Origin: Octopus bimaculoides
Lineage: Eukaryota
Assembly: GCF_001194135.2 (NCBI RefSeq)
Contig: NC_068984.1
Span: 109,882,007 to 109,939,874, forward strand
Length of the DNA stretch: 57,868 bases
Direction: 5' to 3'
Both the position numbers and the translations under genes were made by a program. The notes below the pieces were generated by a model. The model saw nothing but the letters and a program-made list of their open reading frames with translations. It made no database searches and was not told where the DNA came from. Of the stretch, positions 52,499 to 57,868 are shown one piece after another (position 1 is the stretch's first letter; each line of letters begins with the position of its first letter).

Positions 52499-53135
52499 AA
52501 GGCAGCGAGCTGGCAGAATCTTTAGCACGTCGGGCAAAATGCTTTGCTATATTTCGTCCGCCCTTACGTTTTCAGCTCAGATCTACCAAGGTCGACATTG
52601 CCATTCATGGTTTCGGGGTCGATGAAGTAAGTACCAGTTACGCACTAGTCCCCTCCCCTCAATGTATCAGGTTTTTGTGCCTTTAGTGGAAGGAATAATT
52701 ATTTTATTATCCAGACGGCAAGTTGGCTGAATCATTAATAAGCCAGGCAAAATGTTCAGTGGCATTTCGTCCGTCGCCACATTCTGAGTTCAAATTTTAC
52801 CGAGGTCGACTTTGCCCTTCATCATTTCGGGGTCAATAAAATCAGTACCAGTTGAACACTGGGCTCGAGGTAATCGACTTACCTCCTCCTCCGAACTTGC
52901 TGGCCTTGTGCCAAAATTTGAAAAAACATTATTATAAAGGCGGCGAGCTGGCAGAATCGGTAGCACGCCGGGCAAATTGTCTGGCAGCATTGCGTCCGTT
53001 CTTACATTCTGAGTTCAAATTCCATCAAGGTCGACTTTGCTTTTCGTCTCTTTTATGGTCGATAAGTATAAGTCGAGTACTGTGGTCTAACCTCCTCCCC
53101 GAAATTACTGGTCTAGTGCCATAATTTGAAACCAT
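52499..53135 (+). mobile_element. Three tandem SINE family A copies
   Basis: Heads at about 52499, 52715 and 52937, separated by short ATT-rich tails. Confidence 0.85.
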
Positions 53136-53161
53136 TATTATCATTATCTTTATCATCAACT

Positions 53162-53164
<3 letters not shown>

Positions 53165-53226
<62 letters not shown>

Positions 53227-53474
53227 GTTCAGTAGTTTTATTTTTATAACGTGCTTTCACTTCACTACCGAGCGCAGCTCTGTGTGTCTTGGGTATGTGC
53301 TGTGGTTTGCTGTGATGCTCTTATGGTTACTGTATTGAAAGTGTTTTGCGTAGGATGTGTGCAGTGCCCAGTAGTGCAATTATTATTATTATTGAGTGAG
53401 AGAGCAGCGTATGCCATCAAAGTGACACTGGGATACGATTATATGAAGCCCAATATGACCATCATGACTACTCG
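53165..53474 (-). mobile_element. R4/Dong-clade non-LTR 3' end(s) within (TAA)n
   Basis: Minus 53380-53327 reads IALLGTAHILRKTLSIQ*, the RLE-clade C-terminal motif, followed by a 3' UTR and (TAA)n; 53390-53474 looks like a second 3'-UTR remnant ending in (TAA)n. Confidence 0.7.
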
Positions 53475-53905
53475 TGTGGCGTTGGAACATCAAAGATGTC
53501 ATAGAATACTTCCATGGGTATTTTGTCCTTGGCACCACTATTATATCCTGCTACAAGTTGGTATAGATAAATTATGTAGCAGAGGTGTAATCAATATGTT
53601 CACACGACGTACATACTGGTGCTGTATGAAACATTGGTGTTTCGTTCNNNNNNNNNNTGTTAAAATTTTTATCAGGTTGAGTAGTCCATCCCACTCAAAA
53701 GGTCCCCGAATAAGCGTTGGTTTAAGAATGTTGAACGAAACACCAATGTTTCATACAGCACCAGTATGTACGTCGTGTGAACATATTGATTACACCTCTG
53801 CTACATAATTTATCTATACCAACTTGTAGCAGGATATAATAGTGGTGCCAAGGACAAAATACCCATGGAAGTATTCTATGACATCTTTGATGTTCCAACG
53901 CCACA
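53475..53905. repeat. 173-bp inverted duplication flanking a 10-N gap
   Basis: 53475-53647 is the reverse complement of 53733-53905. Confidence 0.9.
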
Positions 53906-53924
53906 GTGCAAACTACTGAGGGAA

Positions 53925-54165
53925 AAATACCAGATATGATTAGAGACGACAAAATAAACAAGCAGTGCAAGGTCATAGATTTTTTAATTCCCTATGATAG
54001 CAGAGTCAATACCAAAGAAATGGTTGATCTTCAGAAAAGCACATCCTGTACACTGCACAATGTTTAAGAAAACATCTTGATATTTGAAGAGACTTGTGCC
54101 AAACCTCAAGATAAAATACCTACTCACTAAATTGGCATGCACTGGCGTAATGATAATAATAATAC
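53925..54165 (+). mobile_element. R4/Dong-clade restriction-like endonuclease fragment plus 3' end
   Basis: PDMIRDDKINKQCKVIDFLIPYDSRVNTKE (PD-D RLE motif), then LQKS and, in a shifted frame, ILYTAQCLRKHLDI*; ends in taatgataataataata. Confidence 0.75.
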
Positions 54166-54175
54166 TTTCTACTAT

Positions 54176-54366
54176 ATGCACTACGCCTGAAATTTGGGGG
54201 ATGAGGACTAGTCGATTACAATCGACCCCAGTGTTTCACTGGTACTTAATTTATGGACTCTGAAAGGGTGAAAGGCGAAGTCGACCTCGGTGGAACTTGA
54301 ACTTAGAACGTAAAGACGGATGAAATATCGCTAAGCATTTCACCCGATATGCTAATGATTCTGCCT
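54176..54366 (-). mobile_element. SINE family A
   Basis: gtcgattacaatcgacccc...ggcgaagtcgacctcgg...gctaatgattctgcc. Confidence 0.85.
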
Positions 54367-54399
54367 TATAATGATGATGATGATGATAATAATAATAAT

Positions 54400-54455
<56 letters not shown>

Positions 54456-55126
54456 CAACAACAAAAGGTAATGATGATGGTGACGATAATGGTGACCATG
54501 ATGATGATGATGATGACAATGACGACGGCGATGGTGATGATGACAACGACAATAACGGCGATAATGATCATGATAATAGAAATGACGGTGATTAGTTGTT
54601 AATGATGATGATGATGATGATAATGGGTAAGATCGTAAGAATGACATTGATGAAGAAAACGGCGAGGATTTGTCGCAAGTAGAAAATGCTAAAGCTGTTT
54701 CCAATAGAGTAAACGACGACGACGACGGCGACAATAGATGGTGTTGTTGATGGTGTTGTTGATGTTGCTGTTGATGTTGGTAGTGGTGGTGATGGTGGTG
54801 GTGGTATTTTGTGGAGTGTTGATTTAGATTTTGAGCTAGTAAGGAAACACTTCATATTATCTGCACCGATAAAGAAGAAAACACATAAACTCATATTTCT
54901 GTCAAAGACCTATGTATCCTCTTACAGATTCATTGATCATTGTCATTCAACTCGTTATTTTACTCCTTCCAACTAATCTCACACATTTTTCTTTGTTCTT
55001 CAAAAGTTTTTTTTCTTTCTTTGCAGTTATTTCATTCTTTAGCTAAGTGTCTTAGTTTGATTTTAGTTTAATCTTATTCAAGTTTAGAGTGTGCGTGCAT
55101 GTATAGACTAAATGGGTTAATGTGTG

Positions 55127-55189
<63 letters not shown>

Positions 55190-55387
55190 ATATATATATA
55201 TATATATATANNNNNNNNNNNNNNNNNNNNNNNNNNNNNATATATCTGTAAAAATATGTGGCACTTATTCCGGAGCCATGATAAACCTCCGAATAAGTGT
55301 CACACATTTTTACAGATAAATTCCTCTATTTACATAATATCGAGCTCTCTTTCTTTCGTTTGTTGTCCTTTCTATCAACACACGCAT

Positions 55388-55428
<41 letters not shown>

Positions 55429-55429
<1 letters not shown>

Positions 55430-56100
55430 CATAATCATTATTTAACGTTTGTTGTCCACGCGGGCATGGGTTAGACCGTTTGACCAGGGCTGGTAAGCTG
55501 AATGGCTGCACTAGACTCCAGTATGATTTGGTATTGTTTTCTACGGCTGGATGCCCATCCGAACATCAACCACTCCGAGTGTGTAATGGGTGATTTTATA
55601 TGCCACCGGCACGGATGCCATTTGCATGACACCGGTATCTGCCATGACTGCGATTTTGCTCAGCTTGATGGGTCTTCTCAAGCACGACACAATGCCAGAG
55701 GTCTCGGTCATTGCCTCCGTGAGGCCCAAAACTCGAAAGGAACTCAGCTACTTTACCTCCGTAAGGCCTCATGCTCGAAAAGAACTCAGCCGCTTTGCCT
55801 CCAGGAGGCTCAACTCTCGAAACGAACTCAGCAACTTTGCCTCCGTGAGGCCCAGTGCTCGAAAGGAACTCAGCCACTTTGTCTCAGTGAGACACAGTAC
55901 TCGAACGGTCGGTACTCTTTACGTGCCACCGGTATGGGTGCTAGTTACGTGACACTAACATCAGCCATGGCTACTATTTCACTTGGCTTGCCGGGTCTTC
56001 TCAAGCACAACACATCGCCTAAGGTCTCGGTCTCTAGTCATTGCCTCTGTGAGGCTCAAAGTTCGAAGGCCATGCTTCACCGCTTCGTCCCATGTCTTCC
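55429..56100 (-). mobile_element. SINE family D-like element with a two-level internal tandem repeat
   Basis: Tail (plus) tttaacg...gcatgggttag and ctggatgccc; 42-bp units start at 55710, 55752, 55794, 55836 and 55878; 55594-55740 is homologous to 55918-56068. Confidence 0.75.
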
Positions 56101-56935
56101 TGGGTCTACCCCTACCACAGGTTCCCTCCACAGTAGTCTTTCTCCCACTTTCGTTTCTAAAACGTAACCGATTTTAATTCTTAGTCCAATATTTCATAGA
56201 TTTTATATATTATAATTTCTCCCTTGGATTATTTTAGATTTTAAAACTAGTTTTGTATAGTACACTTTTCTTGATGGTGTCTGATCTTCTTCGTGTGAGT
56301 TGCACCATGGTACTTCTTCTCTAAATTATTAATATATATATATANNNNNNNNNNNNNNNNNNNNNNNNNNNNNNNNNNNNNNNNNNNNNNNNNNNNNNNN
56401 NNNNNNNNNNNNNNNNNNNNNNNNNNNNNNNNNNNNNNNNNNNNNNNNNNNNNNNNNNNNNNNNNNNNNNNNNNNNNNNNNNNNNNNNNNNNNNNNNNNN
56501 NNNNNNNNNNNNNNNNNNNNNNNNNNNNNNNNNNNNNNNNNNNNNNNNNNNNNNNNNNNNNNNNNNNNNNNNNNNNNNNNNNNNNNNNNNNNNNNNNNNN
56601 NNNNNNNNNNNNNNNNNNNNNNNNNNNNNNNNNNNNNNNNNNNNNNNNNNNNNNNNNNNNNNNNNNNNNNNNNNNNNNNNNNNNNNNNNNNNNNNNNNNN
56701 NNNNNNNNNNNNNNNNNNNNNNNNNNNNNNNNNNNNNNNNNNNNNNNNNNNNNNNNNNNNNNNNNNNNNNNNNNNNNNNNNNNNNNNNNNNNNNNNNNNN
56801 NNNNNNNNNNNNNNNNNNNNNNNNNNNNNNNNNNNNNNNNNNNNNNNNNNNNNNNNNNNNNNNNNNNNNNNNNNNNNNNNNNNNNNNNNNNNNNNNNNNN
56901 NNNNNNNNNNNNNNNNNNNNNNNCAAGTAAAAGAG

Positions 56936-57029
<94 letters not shown>

Positions 57030-57259
57030 CATGCACATATACATACACATACACATATATACTATATAATTATATAATACATGCATAAGTCGATACATGT
57101 ATACATGCATGCATTTTTTCTTTTGTTTCTTGTTATATATTTCTGCCGCAAGCCCGTGGCCATGCTGGAGCATTAGGTATTTTGAGTGGCCATTCTTATG
57201 CGATTGGGTAGTCAAACGATAGTTGCTTCTGATATGATGCTATGAAGTGGGTGCCTGAG

Positions 57260-57530
57260 GACTCTACCCCATCACCTTCGATTCATGGCTCACTTTCTGC
57301 GCCATCGACGCTTCATTTACAAATAGGTAGATAAAACTTCAGCGAAGAGGTTCTTGGTATCGAAGTACAAGAACTGAAGCCAGTATACAATAAAAAAACT
57401 GGCAGAAAAGTGGCTTCAGACGGTGCAACACGATGGCCTCTACATTGAATACAAGACTGCTTTTGTTGTAACTTGACGAATAAAGCAAATACGTAACCAA
57501 AATATTGCAAACCTTTTCACTCAACACTCC
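57260..57530 (+). mobile_element. mariner transposase C-terminal remnant
   Basis: HHLRFMAHFLRHRRF (DYHLFRSMxHxL-like) and IKKLAEKWLQTVQHDGLYIE. Confidence 0.7.
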
Positions 57531-57802
57531 ATTCATGCAAGAAAGTATAAAATATCTTAAATATGTACAAAGAGTGTCCTGTAAATACATATCTTCACCT
57601 ATTAATTATTGTCATTCTTTTAAAGAAATACAGACAGGATGCGAAACCGTGATTCAAAGCAGTGAATCACCAGCCGAACTTCAGTAAACACGAACTTGGT
57701 TAGAGAATATTTTCCTTTTCCTCGTTTGTAAACAAAATCATATATGTAGTGTGCAAACATAAACATGTGTATGTATATATGTTCACATATGTATATATAT
57801 AA

Positions 57803-57833
<31 letters not shown>

Positions 57834-57835
57834 TG

Positions 57836-57868
<33 letters not shown>

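Noticed and set aside
55710-55905. CRISPR-like appearance of hairpin-bearing repeats
   Set aside because: Units are contiguous with no unique spacers, there are no cas genes, and the context is eukaryotic
55502-56167. 221-aa ORF with 14-residue repeats
   Set aside because: It is the 42-bp array inside a SINE-like element; the array is open in several frames, as expected for an in-frame-length repeat

Overview
AT-rich, microsatellite-dense eukaryotic draft scaffold with 14 N-gaps. The SINE families and simple repeats look like those of an octopod cephalopod (inference from repeat content only). Almost all of the supplied ORFs are artefacts of microsatellites or N-runs. The window is dominated by decayed mobile DNA: more than 30 tRNA-derived SINE copies from at least 5 families, Tc1/mariner, hAT- and piggyBac-type non-autonomous elements, a solo LTR, RTE and R4/Dong-clade LINE remnants, and Penelope-like elements (PLEs). 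The main discovery is a PLE family present twice (27253-28951 + and about 19591-20254 -). In both copies the RT/GIY-YIG ORF end is followed by a tRNA-derived Pol III head (A and B boxes) and an AAT-rich spacer, and the 5' end carries an inverted piece of the same tail. Copy 1 shows that this tail contains a minimal type I hammerhead ribozyme. Two further hammerhead-like motifs occur at 2124-2160 and 34165-34209. Several GT-AG-bounded open exon candidates suggest an unidentified host gene on the minus strand (three are phase-compatible), plus weaker plus-strand candidates; none could be named. Repeat boundaries were read by eye and are approximate unless a TSD is quoted.
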